DNA of 63,215 nucleotides, filler included, from Octopus bimaculoides (GCF_001194135.2; 6 parts of 6 records of this genome joined end to end with filler, not necessarily neighbours in it); one strand, 5' to 3'. Counted from the first letter of the whole stretch, positions 26,650 through 41,309 are shown. Notes: a model not told the origin generated them from the letters alone. Numbers and translations are program-made.

Positions 26650-27451
26650 TATTATTTATTCATGAGTTTTTGACCTTTTACTGAGAGGAGTTTTGGATGA
26701 TCCAGGTTGTGGCTTGTCATTAGACTCATCACTGCTGTTATCACTGTTACTTTCCAGAGTAATAACTGATTGCTCTCTCTTGCGAAGAATTTCTGCTTCT
26801 TTTCGCTTTTCTTCTTCTATCCGTTTGCGTTTCCTCTGTTGCTTTGCAACATAATTCTTCTCAATAGCACTCGCCTTCCTTTTTCTCTCTGGCCAGTTAT
26901 AAATAAATAAACAATCTTCTTCGTTTGACACCATTTTCATTGCATCAGCGTGAACAATGTCAAATAAGTAACCCATGCGATCCTTAAATTTGCTTTCATT
27001 TGCAATTTGATTTTCATTTCTCTTTGATTTTGTTTTTTGGAGTGATCTATATTGTTCATACGTTTTTCGAATCTTGGTAAGTACATGTTGCTTGTCCCTA
27101 GTTGGTATCTTAGGGTTGCTCCAGATCTCATTAATTTCTAAATACACAATATCTTGTTTCGTTCAGTTTTCTTATCACGTATGAGATAGTACATCTCCAA
27201 TTGATGGGAGTTTTTTTTTCTAAAAATCTTTTCAATCATATGTACAATAACTCAGATCTGTTTTCCACTTCTTTTCATTAAGATAGATAAATTTAATTAA
27301 AATACTACGGTAGTGGAGCGCTGACACATCTACAGATGACAAAGGCCATAACAATACTGATTAGGGAATACGGCCTACGGCGTGGAGTGAGGCGCAGCCT
27401 CACACAAGCAGGGAGAGGACGAGCTCATTTGGCAGACATATGGAAGGGTAT

Positions 27452-27482
<31 letters not shown>

Positions 27483-27725
27483 CCGCATCGTTAAAATGAC
27501 TTGGTCACTGCGTTAACTAAATTTCATATATTGATAAATGGAATACTTCTACTATATCTCAATGACAAGCTATGTATTACGTTAAGTGTTATTTCATGCT
27601 GGAAATAAAATACTGAATCGCTTAATGGCGATACTAAATATCAATACTATGGAATTTTCTTCAAATTTCAGGCAGTATCTACAAGTCAAGCCTCACAAGT
27701 TGAAGTGTTTTTTGGGTCACACTAA
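26650..27725 (-). mobile_element. DNA-transposon-derived remnant with 163-aa ORF (transposase N-terminal region, superfamily uncertain)
   Basis: ORF 26656-27147 W..PKIPT...LFDIVHADAM..EDCLF plus a basic coiled coil resembles N-termini of transposase-like proteins common in invertebrate genomes; a disrupted KLPSIGDVL lies upstream. Confidence 0.55.
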
Positions 27726-28240
27726 TATATATATATATNNNNNNNNNNNNNNNNNNNNNNNNNNNNNNNNNNNNNNNNNNNNNNNNNNNNNNNNNNNNNN
27801 NNNNNNNNNNNNNNNNNNNNNNNNNNNNNNNNNNNNNNNNNNNNNNNNNNNNNNNNNNNNNNNNNNNNNNNNNNNNNNNNNNNNNNNNNNNNNNNNNNNN
27901 NNNNNNNNNNNNNNNNNNNNNNNNNNNNNNNNNNNNNNNNNNNNNNNNNNNNNNNNNNNNNNNNNNNNNNNNNNNNNNNNNNNNNNNNNNNNNNNNNNNN
28001 NNNNNNNNNNNNNNNNNNNNNNNNNNNNNNNNNNNNNNNNNNNNNNNNNNNNNNNNNNNNNNNNNNNNNNNNNNNNNNNNNNNNNNNNNNNNNNNNNNNN
28101 NNNNNNNNNNNNNNNNNNNNNNNNNNNNNNNNNNNNNNNNNNNNNNNNNNNNNNNNNNNNNNNNNNNNNNNNNNNNNNNNNNNNNNNNNNNNNNNNNNNN
28201 NNNNNNNNNNNNNNNNNNNNNNNNNNNNNNNNNNNNNNNN

Positions 28241-28298
<58 letters not shown>

Positions 28299-28984
28299 AA
28301 TGTACGAGGTCATATATCTGCCTACGTGCTTGTATCAGTGATTATGTTTGTGAATCTAGATGGGTGTCACCACACACATACATACACAGGTATAACCGCA
28401 TAACTGCGTATTATTATAGGACAGCAAACCTAGTGTGTTAGCATGTATTGAAGTGCGTCTTTGTACGCGTATGTGTGTGAGTGGGGTGGATGGCGGGGCG
28501 GATGGCGTGCGTGTGTGTGTGTGTGTGCGTACACCTGCTGGAATAAGTAACACATCTATACAGAATTGCAAATATGTGAGCAGCCAGGGGCAACGGCAAT
28601 GACAAGGACAGTTTGACAGATTCGGTAACACAAACTGGTCTGTTGTTATGCCTGAATACATAAACAAAAATGTGTGATCTTGTGTATGTCTATAGTTGTT
28701 TCTTGTAGCTTTTTCTTTTTTTTTTTTAATTTTATGTTTGTGCCTCTGTGTGTATGTGTGTGTGTGTGTCTGTGTCTGTGTATGTGTATGAGTATGTGTG
28801 TGTCAGTGTGTGTGTGTGTCAGTGTGTGTGTGTGTGTGTGTGTGCCTACATACATGTGTGGCTAGAACTAAACGTATGTATGTCCGTATGTGTGTATGTG
28901 CTAATATACAGAAACATGTGTATATATATACATACATTCATATACGTGTGTGTGTGTGTGTGTGTATGTATATATACGTGTGTG

Positions 28985-29041
<57 letters not shown>

Positions 29042-29120
29042 ACATATACATACATATGTGTGTGTGCGTGTGTGTGTATGTGCGTGTGTGTGCGTGTGTG
29101 TGTGCGTGTGTGTGTGTACG
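28241..29120. repeat. Compound (TG)n/(TA)n microsatellite field, representative of dozens in the window
   Basis: Seen directly; such arrays border most N gaps and generate the spurious YIYI/CVCV/HTHT ORFs. Confidence 0.95.
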
Positions 29121-29155
29121 TTTGTCATACAAACAAAATAAATTATAAGTATTAC

Positions 29156-29640
29156 CAGAGCTGGGTGTAAATCCGTTAATCGTTAATTAACGAAGTTAAC
29201 ATTTTCGTTAACTAAGTTTGAAAAACATTATCAGACTAATTAACTTCCGTTACATTTTAGTTCCCGTGAACTCAAGTCCGTTAACTCAAGCATTTTATAA
29301 AAACCGGTAAACGTTTAACAGTTTCTATTGTTTTCAGATTGTCATAGCATATTTAATATTGTACGCATCATTCATTCTTCTTGAGTGAGCAAGTGTTGGT
29401 GGACTTTTTCATCAAATTCAACACAGCCATCCCTTCCAGTGCCGCAGATGAACGTTTATTTTCCATGGACAAGGACATCTTGAGTGCCAAGATATCGTCC
29501 TTGTCTGATGAAAATTTTAGTATGTTAATTTTTATGAAGAGCAACATGAATCTTATCAACAAAATGGCGGAGAAGAAGAGGAAAAATTAAATTATGTATA
29601 TATCGTGTTTTTCACTTTATTTATTTTCATTTTTTACGGC
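29156..29640 (+). mobile_element. hAT transposon remnant (terminus plus C-terminal dimerisation domain)
   Basis: CAGAGCTGGG terminus with TAAC/GTTAA subterminal repeats; FIKFNTAIPSSAADERLFS...LSDENFSMLIFMKSN matches the hAT dimerisation motif (SSAxxERLFS). Confidence 0.7.
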
Positions 29641-30367
29641 CACTTTATCAATAAACATTTTTTTCAGTTTGTGTCCGTGCGTGAACAACTTCAGATGCGT
29701 AACAAACGAACTCATACTGTGAGTACACGATGTTCAATAAAGTTATCTGGGATCGAAGTAAAAGGTTCTGAACATTTTGCCATGTTCCACGATGACAGTG
29801 AGAAAATAGGAGTTCAAACTACAAAAATTACTTTCAGACAGGCACTAGACGTAGAATGCCATAGAGAATTGCTGGTAGGAAAGAATATCGAATCTGTGTG
29901 CATGGCTTTCTCTCCGAAGTTGACCTTGTCGTAACTTAGAGAAGAAAGAGAAAAATTCAATTGGAATACACTCTTAGGTAGGCTATATGCTTCTAGCGCA
30001 CTCCTGTGTGTCGTTTAGCAGTTACGCCTTGTATGCTAGCAAAGGTAGCGAACCAATGTTCGCTTGGGATGTTCTAAAAATTCGACAGGGGGAATNNNNN
30101 NNNNNNNNNNNNNNNNNNNNNNNNNNNNNNNNNNNNNNNTTAATTAATTAANNNNNNNNNNNNNNNNNNNNNNNNNNNNNNNNNNNNNNNNNNNNATATA
30201 TATATATATATATATATATACATACATATATATGTACGTAAGTATATATCTGTATATACGCATAGATATATACGTGTGTGTCTGTCAATGTATATGTATA
30301 GTATTCATAGAACAGGAGAGAAAGAGAGACAAAGTGAGACAGAAATACAATGACAGACAGGGAACGT

Positions 30368-30409
<42 letters not shown>

Positions 30410-30790
30410 TATAACTGGAATCTGAATCAAGAATTATAACAACGAGAGGGGCTGAAAAGAGGAAGTCACTTGATGTAGCTACTCGATGTTGAGTCGCTGA
30501 CGAATGTTGTTGAGTGAAGACTAATTATTCATTATATGTCATGTCTTACCGAAGATATAGCTTCTTAAACGGAAGCGGAAATTAAAATCACGTGGTAACC
30601 TCTCTACGGCTGATCATCAGCTGCAGAACATTTCAACGTTTAATTGATTACAACGTTTGTTGGAAACGTAGACTTGTACAGAAATTCAAGAGCATATGAT
30701 GTACATATACACAGCCACATGCGGTCGCATACATAAAATGTAACATAAGCTCGGACGCAGATAGGTGAAATATTTGCATATATATATGCA

Positions 30791-30844
<54 letters not shown>

Positions 30845-32364
30845 ACACTTGACCTTTTAACATCCTACTACTATCATACAACACCCGCATTCTTTCATTA
30901 TTCTTTCTTTTCTTCTGATTATCCTTTTTCGTCTTCATCTTCTTCGTCTTCATCTTCTTCGTCTTCATCTTCTTCCTCTCCGCCACCTCCTTCATTACTT
31001 TACTATTACTGCTGCTTAGAATAGCACCCACGAAAATATTAAAAACAGTACATTCAAAAGAGATACCTCAAGAATTCATCAAAAACAGTCCCAATCACTA
31101 CCAATCAATTTCAGGGCACTTGACCATTTAATATCCTACTACTATCATACCACCCTCACATTTTTCTTGTTCCTCCTCCTCCTCCTCCTCCTCCTCCTCC
31201 TCCTTAGAAACGTCTGACCCACTCGTACACGTGTCTGCCGCTCATACAGTCCTCTCTATACACTTTCAGCAACTCTGTGTAGGCCGTACCGTAGGTATCT
31301 CCAAGACAACTTTCTATCGCATGGTCTATGCGACGATCACACGCTACATACCTTCCTTCAAGGCACTGCAGAAGTAAACTAAATCGTTAAAATTTAGTGT
31401 GCATATACAGCAGATTTCGGGGTCAATCTTTGCTAAACGGCTTCACTCCGTGTGGTTTAGCTTCGTTACTATGCCAACAGTCCAGATACTTATTGATTAG
31501 ACCACGTATGTATATACATACATACATACATACATACATGCATACACACACACACATATATATTATATATATACATNNNNNNNNNNNNNNNNNNNNNNNN
31601 NNNNNNNNNNNNNNNNNNNNNNNNNNNNNNNNNNNNNNNNNNNNNNNNNNNNNNNNNNNNNNNNNNNNNNNNNNNNNNNNNNNNNNNNNNNNNNNNNNNN
31701 NNNNNNNNNNNNNNNNNNNNNNNNNNNNNNNNNNNNNNNNNNNNNNNNNNNNNNNNNNNNNNNNNNNNNNNNNNNNNNNNNNNNNNNNNNNNNNNNNNNN
31801 NNNNNNNNNNNNNNNNNNNNNNNNNNNNNNNNNNNNNNNNNNNNNNNNNNNNNNNNNNNNNNNNNNNNNNNNNNNNNNNNNNNNNNNNNNNNNNNNNNNN
31901 NNNNNNNNNNNNNNNNNNNNNNNNNNNNNNNNNNNNNNNNNNNNNNNNNNNNNNNNNNNNNNNNNNNNNNNNNNNNNNNNNNNNNNNNNNNNNNNNNNNN
32001 NNNNNNNNNNNNNNNNNNNNNNNNNNNNNNNNNNNNNNNNNNNNNNNNNNNNNNNNNNNNNNNNNNNNNNNNNNNNNNNNNNNNNNNNNNNNNNNNNNNN
32101 NNNNNNNNNNNNNNNNNNNNNNNNNNNNNNNNNNNNNNNNNNNNNNNNNNNNNNNNNNNNNNNNNNNNNNNNNNNNNNNNNNNNNNNNNNNNNNNNNNNN
32201 NNNNNNNNNNNNNNNNNNNNNNNNNNNNNNNNNNNNNNNNNNNNNNNNNNNNNNNNNNNNNNNNNNNNNNNNNNNNNNNNNNNNNNNNNNNNNNNNNNNN
32301 NNNNNNNNNNNNNNNNNNNNNNNNNNNNNNNNNNNNNNNNNNNNNNNNNNNNNNNNNNNNNNNN

Positions 32365-32410
<46 letters not shown>

Positions 32411-33258
32411 TTATATATATATACATATTTACATATGTATACATATGACTAATTTGTTATTGCTATTTTATTCAATATTCAGTTAAAATACTCTCTTTTT
32501 ATTTCAATGCATTTTGAACACATATTTTTGTATATTATTGCTTTTAATATGATTTCTTTTTTCTTTATTTTTGTATTTCTAACATTTAATGCTGAGTTTG
32601 GTTTGTAAATATTCCATTTAAAAATTATCATATTGTTAAGGAAATCAATAAAATATTGATATCTTTAGGGTGTATTTTGTAGCAGGAAGATGTTGGCGGG
32701 TTTGCATATTCTGTGCTATTTCTGTGTGCTGGTTGTTGTACTCGATGGCGTTTGTGCGTTCATGTGCGATTCTGTGTTACTGGCTATGTGATATCTTTGC
32801 TATGAATTTGTGAAGATGGCCGTACATGCTTAATTGAGTGATGGTAGTAGTGTGCATGTGTGATTGTCATTGTGAGATTGTGATATTAGTTATGTATATG
32901 TTTGACTTATGATAGCGTTTGCATGTATGATTTTCTGGCTGATTGTTGTTGCGAGATCGTATGATGGCGACCGTGTATATATGTAAAAATGTAAGGGAAG
33001 GTCTGCGATTCTGATGTTAGTTGGGTACATGTTTGATTGCTAGCATAATGGTGATTATGTTTACGTATCATTGTATGAACATTGTTGTGAATGCCAGTAA
33101 ACAAATGTTTGTGTGATGGTGGTTGTGAGATTGTGATGTTAGTTGTGCACCTGTATAGTGATGGTTGTGGATGTATGACTTTTGATAGTAACGTTGACTC
33201 CGTGGGTGAATGAAGTTTCTTTGAGCATGGATGAGGTGACAGTTCGGGTTGCAATCAC

Positions 33259-33332
<74 letters not shown>

Positions 33333-33432
33333 GTCTGTCTGTCTGTCTGTCTGTCTATGAATCTTTCTGCTTGTCTGTTTGTCTGTCTGTCTGTCTCTGT
33401 ATGTCTGTCTGTCTGTCTGTCTCTCTCTCTCG

Positions 33433-33498
<66 letters not shown>

Positions 33499-33840
33499 AT
33501 GCATGTCAATGTATGTAAGTTTGTATATATTAGCAGGTCCAATTTAATACGTTCATACGCATTTGCATACGCAGATTCATGTAGGAAGCAAATATCAAAA
33601 TTAATCAAAATGTAACTCGCCTTCATACGGATTTTGCCAGTGGATTTGACCATATATATATATATATATATAATTTTATATCAATCGTCTTTTATTACAG
33701 CGGTAGAACTCAGAGAAGATAGTGCTATAAGTAATAGTGTGTAGAATGCTGGATAAAAAAGAAAATAGGACGGAAAAGTGGAACATTATTCGCCGGATAC
33801 GAACCAACAATTTCTATAAAACTTACTATATAGGAAGATT

Positions 33841-34190
33841 AACAAGAGCACTCAGGGAGCGCAAACCTCCGCTAAGGCAACACGAACGTCCTCTCAACAG
33901 TTACCTGGAGATGATTTTTAAAATGAGAATATCTGAAATAAACTCGACTGCAATCACAAACGGGAATGCTAAGAATGAAACCGACCGCACTCAAAGGTTA
34001 AGTAAAACACTGGAAAAATAATCCCAAATCCTTATCCCGTACTGGATTAATCCCAAAATCTAACCAGCTTGTGCCAGTTACGAGGCCAACCATTCCTGAA
34101 AGTTTCATCCGAATCCATCCAGCGGTTCCTGAGATATCTTGTCCACGGGCAAACAAATGTGCACGACTGAAAACAATACGTTGTTCACGA
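33841..34190 (+). mobile_element. Helentron/Helitron-like non-autonomous element
   Basis: 5' AACAAGAGCACTCAGGGAGCGCAAACCTCCGCTAAGG; internal AAAGTTTCATCCGAATCCATCCAGCGGTTCCTGAGATATC; end GAAAACAATAC, as I recall for HINE/DINE-type elements. Confidence 0.5.
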
Positions 34191-34646
34191 TGCAAAATGA
34201 ACTATCTGTACCACACAGTAAGTGTGCCAGGGCGAAACGAGTCTCTCCATGACAATGAGCCGATGTATAACTACGTCACCTGGTAGAGTCTATGATGTGT
34301 TTTCTCTCCGGATGAATCGACGTGAGCTTAAATAATCAACATCACATCATCGAATCGTGTCCATAATATTTTGTGTCGAGAAAACTGGGGTTGTCTCAAA
34401 ACTGACTGGCGTTCTACCATTATATCACAGCAACCCATCCAATTTAGAAACTTCGTTCTCACCAGCAAACAATATTTTATTATAATGTAGAAGTGTATCA
34501 ATCAAATTATAGTTGGTCGAGACGATTATATATTAAAGGAATATGAAATTTAACCATCGTATCAGGCTTGAATGTATCTTTCCAGTTGATCATATTTGTC
34601 GTAAATTTGATGCGCAATTCACTCATAAATGTTGGTTTTCGCCATT

Positions 34647-34678
<32 letters not shown>

Positions 34679-34971
34679 GCAAAACACATGTTTAGTGAAG
34701 ACTTGCGTGCAAATGAGTACACAATACTATAGTTAAGACTTTTGCCTGTAGGTTCAGTGTACGTACCTACATGTGAGACTCGGAGTAGCAAGAGACTTGC
34801 ACAGCCAAAGTATTATCTGTCTGTCTGTGTGTGNNNNNNNNNNNNNNNNNNNNNNNNNNNNNNNNNNNNNNNNNNNNNNNNNNNNNNNNNNNNNNNNNNN
34901 NNNNNNNNNNNNNNNNNNNNNNNNNNNNNNNNNNNNNNNNNNNNNNNNNNNNNNNNNNNNNNNNNNNNNNN

Positions 34972-35031
<60 letters not shown>

Positions 35032-35066
35032 CATATATATATAGAGAGAGATATAGATAGATATAT

Positions 35067-35101
<35 letters not shown>

Positions 35102-35659
35102 TACACATATACAGCTTGACTTTATGCTCGCGGCTCTCCAAAATCTGTTGCAATGCACTTGCCAGAATGCGACATAGCATAGAGTTGCATAAATACAACG
35201 CCAAATCGCCATTATGCCACTTTTAATCACCAACAGACACAGGAGGATCATAAACGACATTTCTGCTTTTATGTATACAGCTAGCTTCATATAATAAGCA
35301 ATTAATTGCCACTGATGAATCAATAACTCTAAGAAGATATTATTCAAATAAGTTTTTGGATATACGTGCACAAAATCATAATCAGCTCTACCAATTAATA
35401 GAAAATTAATGTATGGAAAGATGTAGAAATGAACTAAATAATAAATATATCTAACGAAGAGCTCGCTGACCTATTTACTCCGCATTACGATTATTATTAT
35501 GTCTGGTGGATGTTCCTGGCGTTGAATAGACATAATAATTTCACGCACAAAATGTTAACCAATCAAAGCAGAACATTCTCTAACGTATCGCAGTTTAGTC
35601 GTGGTCGACACTGCTGCAAAAACACAGGTGATAAATATACCACATTTATCGTGTTACCG

Positions 35660-35706
<47 letters not shown>

Positions 35707-36384
35707 NNNNNNNNNNNNNNNNNNNNNNNNNNNNNNNNNNNNNNNNNNNNNNNNNNNNNNNNNNNNNNNNNNNNNNNNNNNNNNNNNNNNNNNNNNNNNN
35801 NNNNNNNNNNNNNNNNNNNNNNNNNNNNNNNNNNNNNNNNNNNNNNNNNNNNNNNNNNNNNNNNNNNNNNNNNNNNNNNNNNNNNNNNNNNNNNNNNNNN
35901 NNNNNNNNNNNTATATATATATATATATATATATTGTGAGGGCGCATGGCCTACTCGGTAGGATGTTGCATTCTCGATCGCGAGAACATGGTTCCAATTC
36001 ATGGTGCGTTGTGCAATTCTTGAGCAAAGTTCTTCATCACACGTCTCTGTGCGATTACTTCGTAATTTGACGAGTGGTACACAGTGCATCTGTTCAGGCA
36101 ACGTCGATTTGATGGAGGTAGTGACCTAATGAACGGCACATATATTCGGTCACTATAAACAAATCATTTGTGTAGATCGCTCGGCAAAAGGTGAACACTC
36201 ATGTGTCGTGTTCGAGTCCATTATGTATATAAATATTGGTATATGTATGTATATCTAGATTCGCCCTTAAAACATACTGCCACTGTTTCTGTATGGATAC
36301 AACCCTGTGACGGAGGAGTTAATACTGCTTAACAATCTTCGTCACAGCATTTCTCTCTCTCTCGCTTTCTCCATATATATATAT

Positions 36385-36416
<32 letters not shown>

Positions 36417-37083
36417 CTGCGTGTGTTTATAAATGTGCAAGTATGTATACATGTGTTTTATAACAATTCTTCTACTATAATTCTTCATTTCAGGCAAATT
36501 TTGTGTTCCAAGCCGAACACATATCGGAACAGACCACGAATGGGAAATACAGGTAGAACGTCTTTCGTAAAACGCTGCAGGCTGTTTAGTTTGGTAACAC
36601 CATATCCAAGAGCAATGTGCTTAGAAACATGACAAAATTTTATATAAACTCCAAAAGTGATATTCGCTTCTACATATCTATATATCTACGGATTTGTGTG
36701 AATAAAACTAGCTAAAATGTACTCGACTGTATTGAAAATCTAACAGTAGCTCCTTTTATGTTGAAGCCAGAAAATAAGAACAGTCGGACATTAGCTTGGT
36801 TAAAGAAATTATTATATTTGAGTACTTAAAATATGTTCAAGTTCTTATTAAGTCAAACTGACAAACAGTCTATTAAGAATTCTCTGGAAGACATTTTCTT
36901 AGTTTAATGGATATGGCCATTGTTTCGGAAAAAGGAATATATACCCAGTTGGTGTTAAGTAGGATCAAATGATATAGAGTCGAAAATTTTCTTGATAAAT
37001 TTCAAGTAAGTATGGGGCATCAATATTGAAATCTTACTGAAAGTGTATAAAAAGTAACCGATAGATAATACATAAGATTTATA

Positions 37084-37136
<53 letters not shown>

Positions 37137-39149
37137 NNNNNNNNNNNNNNNNNNNNNNNNNNNNNNNNNNNNNNNNNNNNTTAATTAATTAANNNNNNNN
37201 NNNNNNNNNNNNNNNNNNNNNNNNNNNNNNNNNNNNTATATATATATATATATATGCTAATTACTGAATGTGTCAGTATTGCAATGGAATTACATACCTT
37301 ATATTTAATACCGCTGGAGAGTGGATGTGTCTCGTGTCCCTGAAAACAACGGGTTGATATATCGTTAAAATGAATTAATACATCAAGGTGCATCCACGAT
37401 TAAGTGTAGTACCATGACAAATATATTCAGGTCGATATAACCATGAAAAGTCGAATCTTTGCATCAACATCTGTTATAGTGGAAATATTCACGAAGAAAT
37501 AAATCTATCTTTTTCTATCTGGTTTGCAAGATTCTTTATGTGAATTCGTGTGTTGAAACAAATTTTGTTATGTTCAGGGAGAATCATCAAGATTTTTTTC
37601 TCTGAATGTTTAACTAAGTTAAACAAACAATAATGATGTAGGGAAACTGAAGCAGTGCTTGTGACAATAATTTTGGCATAATGACTCACCCTGTACACAA
37701 CAAAGTCTATTGTCTGTGTTTCATAAATTTTCTTGCGTTAAGTTATTTTTATTAGATCAATCGTCATTTATCACACGATGTTTTATATCACAGCCTCAGT
37801 ATAATATTGTTGTGCCATCATGAAGTTAAACGAAAGACATCAGTGATATATGATGCAGTATGGTTTATCGTCTTTTGTCGTTATCGCCAGATTTCGACCT
37901 GTGTTAGTTCGGAAACACCATTTAATTCTCAATATCATAGATACCCAATATGCTGATTTTTTTTTTTAGTGGTTTTATTGTATAAAAAATGACAATTGCT
38001 TCTATAGCTGAAACTACTAATTTCAGTTTGTAAAATATTCATTTCCTATCTCGTCGAAATCTTTACAATTAGGGTATGAAAGAAAAGCATATCAACGAAT
38101 ATAAATACACTTACGAGACACACATGTTCATATTGGAAAATAAAGAAAGTTGTGCAATAATTGTTTATTGCATGAAAACATCCTGGAAAATTCCTGTAGT
38201 TGCTGAAATCAAAAATTCAAACAAAAACAAAATTTTAGTCAATGATATTTAATTCATATAAATATATAACAACATGAACATGGAAATAGATAGTCTTTTA
38301 TTATTCATAGCAACTTATATATCTACATCGCACACCGTATTTAGGTTGCAGTTTTTTATATTCATATTTTATAAAACATATGCAACAATTGATGATGTGC
38401 AGTGTAAAAACATGTTGCGTTGCATAAGTAAACCTTATGTATGGTGGTCTCATGTAGTTATTTTTATTATGATATTAATCCTGGACAGAAAGGAGTTGTA
38501 TGTGTGAATCTAAAGGTAGAATATGTTGAATAAAATCATAATTAGCACATCATCCCTAATTTTCTTTTGACCAAAGTCGGAAACATTTCAACACTGCTTC
38601 GTGTATATCAGGAGTGTGGTTTTAATTTATTAACTAGGAAATAGAATAGTCAGAGGACCATACAAATACATTTTGCTGTCCAAGTTGGTTTAGTTCTGTC
38701 ACATTTTGAATAATATAAATATATATGAATGAAAGGAACTATTGAATTATATGTAGTATGATGATATGGAAATATACATGTCGCTAAATGTATCAATAAT
38801 TATTTATATGAATATTGAAAAGAAGAGCATATATACCTGCAGAATGAATTTGCATTTGTTATATTGTTGTCTATGGGACATCGACGTCTTATTGCTTCGT
38901 GGCATTCGTTTGACATCACAAATCCTAAAAATTTAATGTCCGATTTTAAGTATCTTTTTCTTTCACAAAATAATATAAAATGTTACGAAAGAGTCAGTAA
39001 AGTAAAATGTTAGTATATCATTACCAGACGTCTATTTAGCTAACCTGCCGTGCTTGTTTTTATTCCAGATTGAAGGAAACGGCCGTAATATTAATTTGAA
39101 ACCGCTCTGATGAACCCTGCTTGTCAGAGCTGTCTAACGTGTAGAAAGC

Positions 39150-39575
39150 AGTCAGGAATGAAGGCAGCTTGGAAGTTTGCTGTCCAATATATCTAAACAA
39201 AAACTTATGATCTGCTCCAGACTACTTATTGACTAACATGAATGAGATGAGCATCGTCTACGGCCAGACACAGGAGGCTCCACGTTGACATTGACAGGGA
39301 GTTCGGTCTCGCAATTTTCTCGATGAAGACTGTCGTGTGTGTATAAAATCAATAAACATACAGATTGGAGTTGGTGTAGAAACTCTAAACAGAATTATTT
39401 ACGAAGTGGGGACCATAAGAAGAATGTGTACAAAGTTTGTTATTGCCTGCTCAGTGACAAACAGAAGAAGTGTTGGCGATAGAAATGAGATGGTTAAGCT
39501 CATTACTTTCAGTTCAAGAGGCGATGACCTGTCACGAAGGCGCGATTTACCTTTATGATCCTGAAATCGAATTGT
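39150..39575 (+). mobile_element. Mariner transposase remnant
   Basis: DCRVCIKSINIQIGVGVETLNRII...RMCTKFV (HTH/linker region) followed by a YDPE motif at 39554-39565. Confidence 0.7.
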
Positions 39576-39894
39576 CCAGGCTCAAATGTCGAGTTATGAA
39601 TACATAACTGTATTCACAATTCAAATGCCGATAAAAGAACTATAAACAAAACAGAAACGCAAATAATTATTCGAACTGTCACTGGACTGTTCCATATGTA
39701 TTTTGACAAGTGCGGATTGCTAGTTACAATGAAATCTGAAATTAGTTGAGGTCTCACCGTAAACACCAACAGATGTACATGATTGATGATTTTACAGATG
39801 TATTTTATCTAAATTACCAAAAATTACCTTGAAATGCTAAAGAGTAAATTTTTTCAATAAAATCGCCATTGGCTTCAATCACGACCTCTAGACG

Positions 39895-40510
39895 ATTACG
39901 GAATCCCCTGCAACTCTTCTGGGAGGTCTCCTTGTTTACGTTGGTGAATGCTGCCACAATCCTTGGCTTCAATTCATCTCTGGTGTTTCAGGGAGGTTTA
40001 TCAGCCTCTTGTTCAACTGCGCTCCACATGTAATAATCAAGCGAGTTGTAGCCCGGGGAGTTAGATGGCCAGATGTTACGGGCAAGGTGGTCGCAGAAAT
40101 TCTCTGAAAACTATGAGTACGTTCTACTTTTATGGCATGGTGCAAAGTCCTGTTGGCATAGAGTCTTCTTCCAGCTGCCAACATTTTGACCTAGGGCAAC
40201 ACTACCTCCTCCAAGTACGATGTAGGCTTCCGTGTTGAGTCTGATGCAGTGTGCGAATGGAAACTTAACGGCGCCATTTCTGCTGATCACTAGTGATCAC
40301 TCCAAAATGATATTAATGGATGTTCGATATTTATCACTCTCGGTAAACGTACCCAGATTGCACTGTCCTCAGAATGTCATCTAAACACTCTGAAGACCTC
40401 GTATTGGAGCTTGCGGTGCAAATGCTGAGCAGTACAGAATGTCGTTTCGAAATTTGTGGCAGAGTGAATTACATCATGTTGCTGTATTTCTGACAAGGTG
40501 CGCCCAACTA
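39895..40510 (-). mobile_element. Tc1/mariner-superfamily (DD37D/maT-like) transposase remnant
   Basis: Minus strand reads QQDFAPCHKS...WPSNSPGYNSLDYYMW (WPPNSPDLNPLDY-type motif), with stop codons. Confidence 0.7.
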
Positions 40511-40645
40511 ACCTTACTATACTGTGTAGTCGACAAAATCAAAAGCAATTAATTCGCATGCGTGAAATAAAAAAATATAAAATGCAGACAATTTAGCCAT
40601 AACACGATGTATAAATATAACATACACACACACATACACACACAA

Positions 40646-40740
<95 letters not shown>

Positions 40741-41309
40741 CACACACACACCGTATGACGAAAGGGAGAAAGTGAAATATAGAGAAATAAATTGAAAGAG
40801 AGGGAGAGAGAGAGACTGATAGATACTCAGACAGACAGACTGACAGGTACATACGTTCCGGGAGAGAAATATGAAGTTTAAAAAACGCGTGGAAAGAATG
40901 AATGGAAACACATGTAGCAAATTTCAATTACATGGTCTTTCGTAGAATATACCTAAAAATTAAGAAGCAATTATCACAGGGATACTCACCTACAGTGACA
41001 AGTAAATCAAATATGAACAATTTCATCGTGAATACACAATTCTACGCTAAACCTTGATGTTGGAATAATGCCCAGTACGTAAATATACTGTGACAGATGC
41101 ATGCCGACCTCAAAGTTATGCATGTTATATATTATAGCTACCTTTTTTTATGGTCTTAAATAATTTATGTACAAAACAGAATCGTTAAATAAAGAACTAA
41201 TTACTATTTACAATTTCTAAAATGGTTAAAATGGGTCTGTAAAAAAACATTTGAGAAAAAACATTTATTTTTCATTTAGTGCAGTTTTAGTCGGCTATAA
41301 ATTGAATGT

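Noticed and set aside
33737-34021. YYIGRLTRALRER resembling a GIY-YIG motif
   Set aside because: It straddles the 5' end of a Helentron-like non-coding element, and the rest of the ORF has no endonuclease features.
36400-39050. Largely unique AT-rich region as a possible third paralogue or orphan exons (e.g. 36494-36552)
   Set aside because: No match to exons 1-5 found on either strand; only faint similarity to intron 4 near 38830, and candidate exons lack corroboration.
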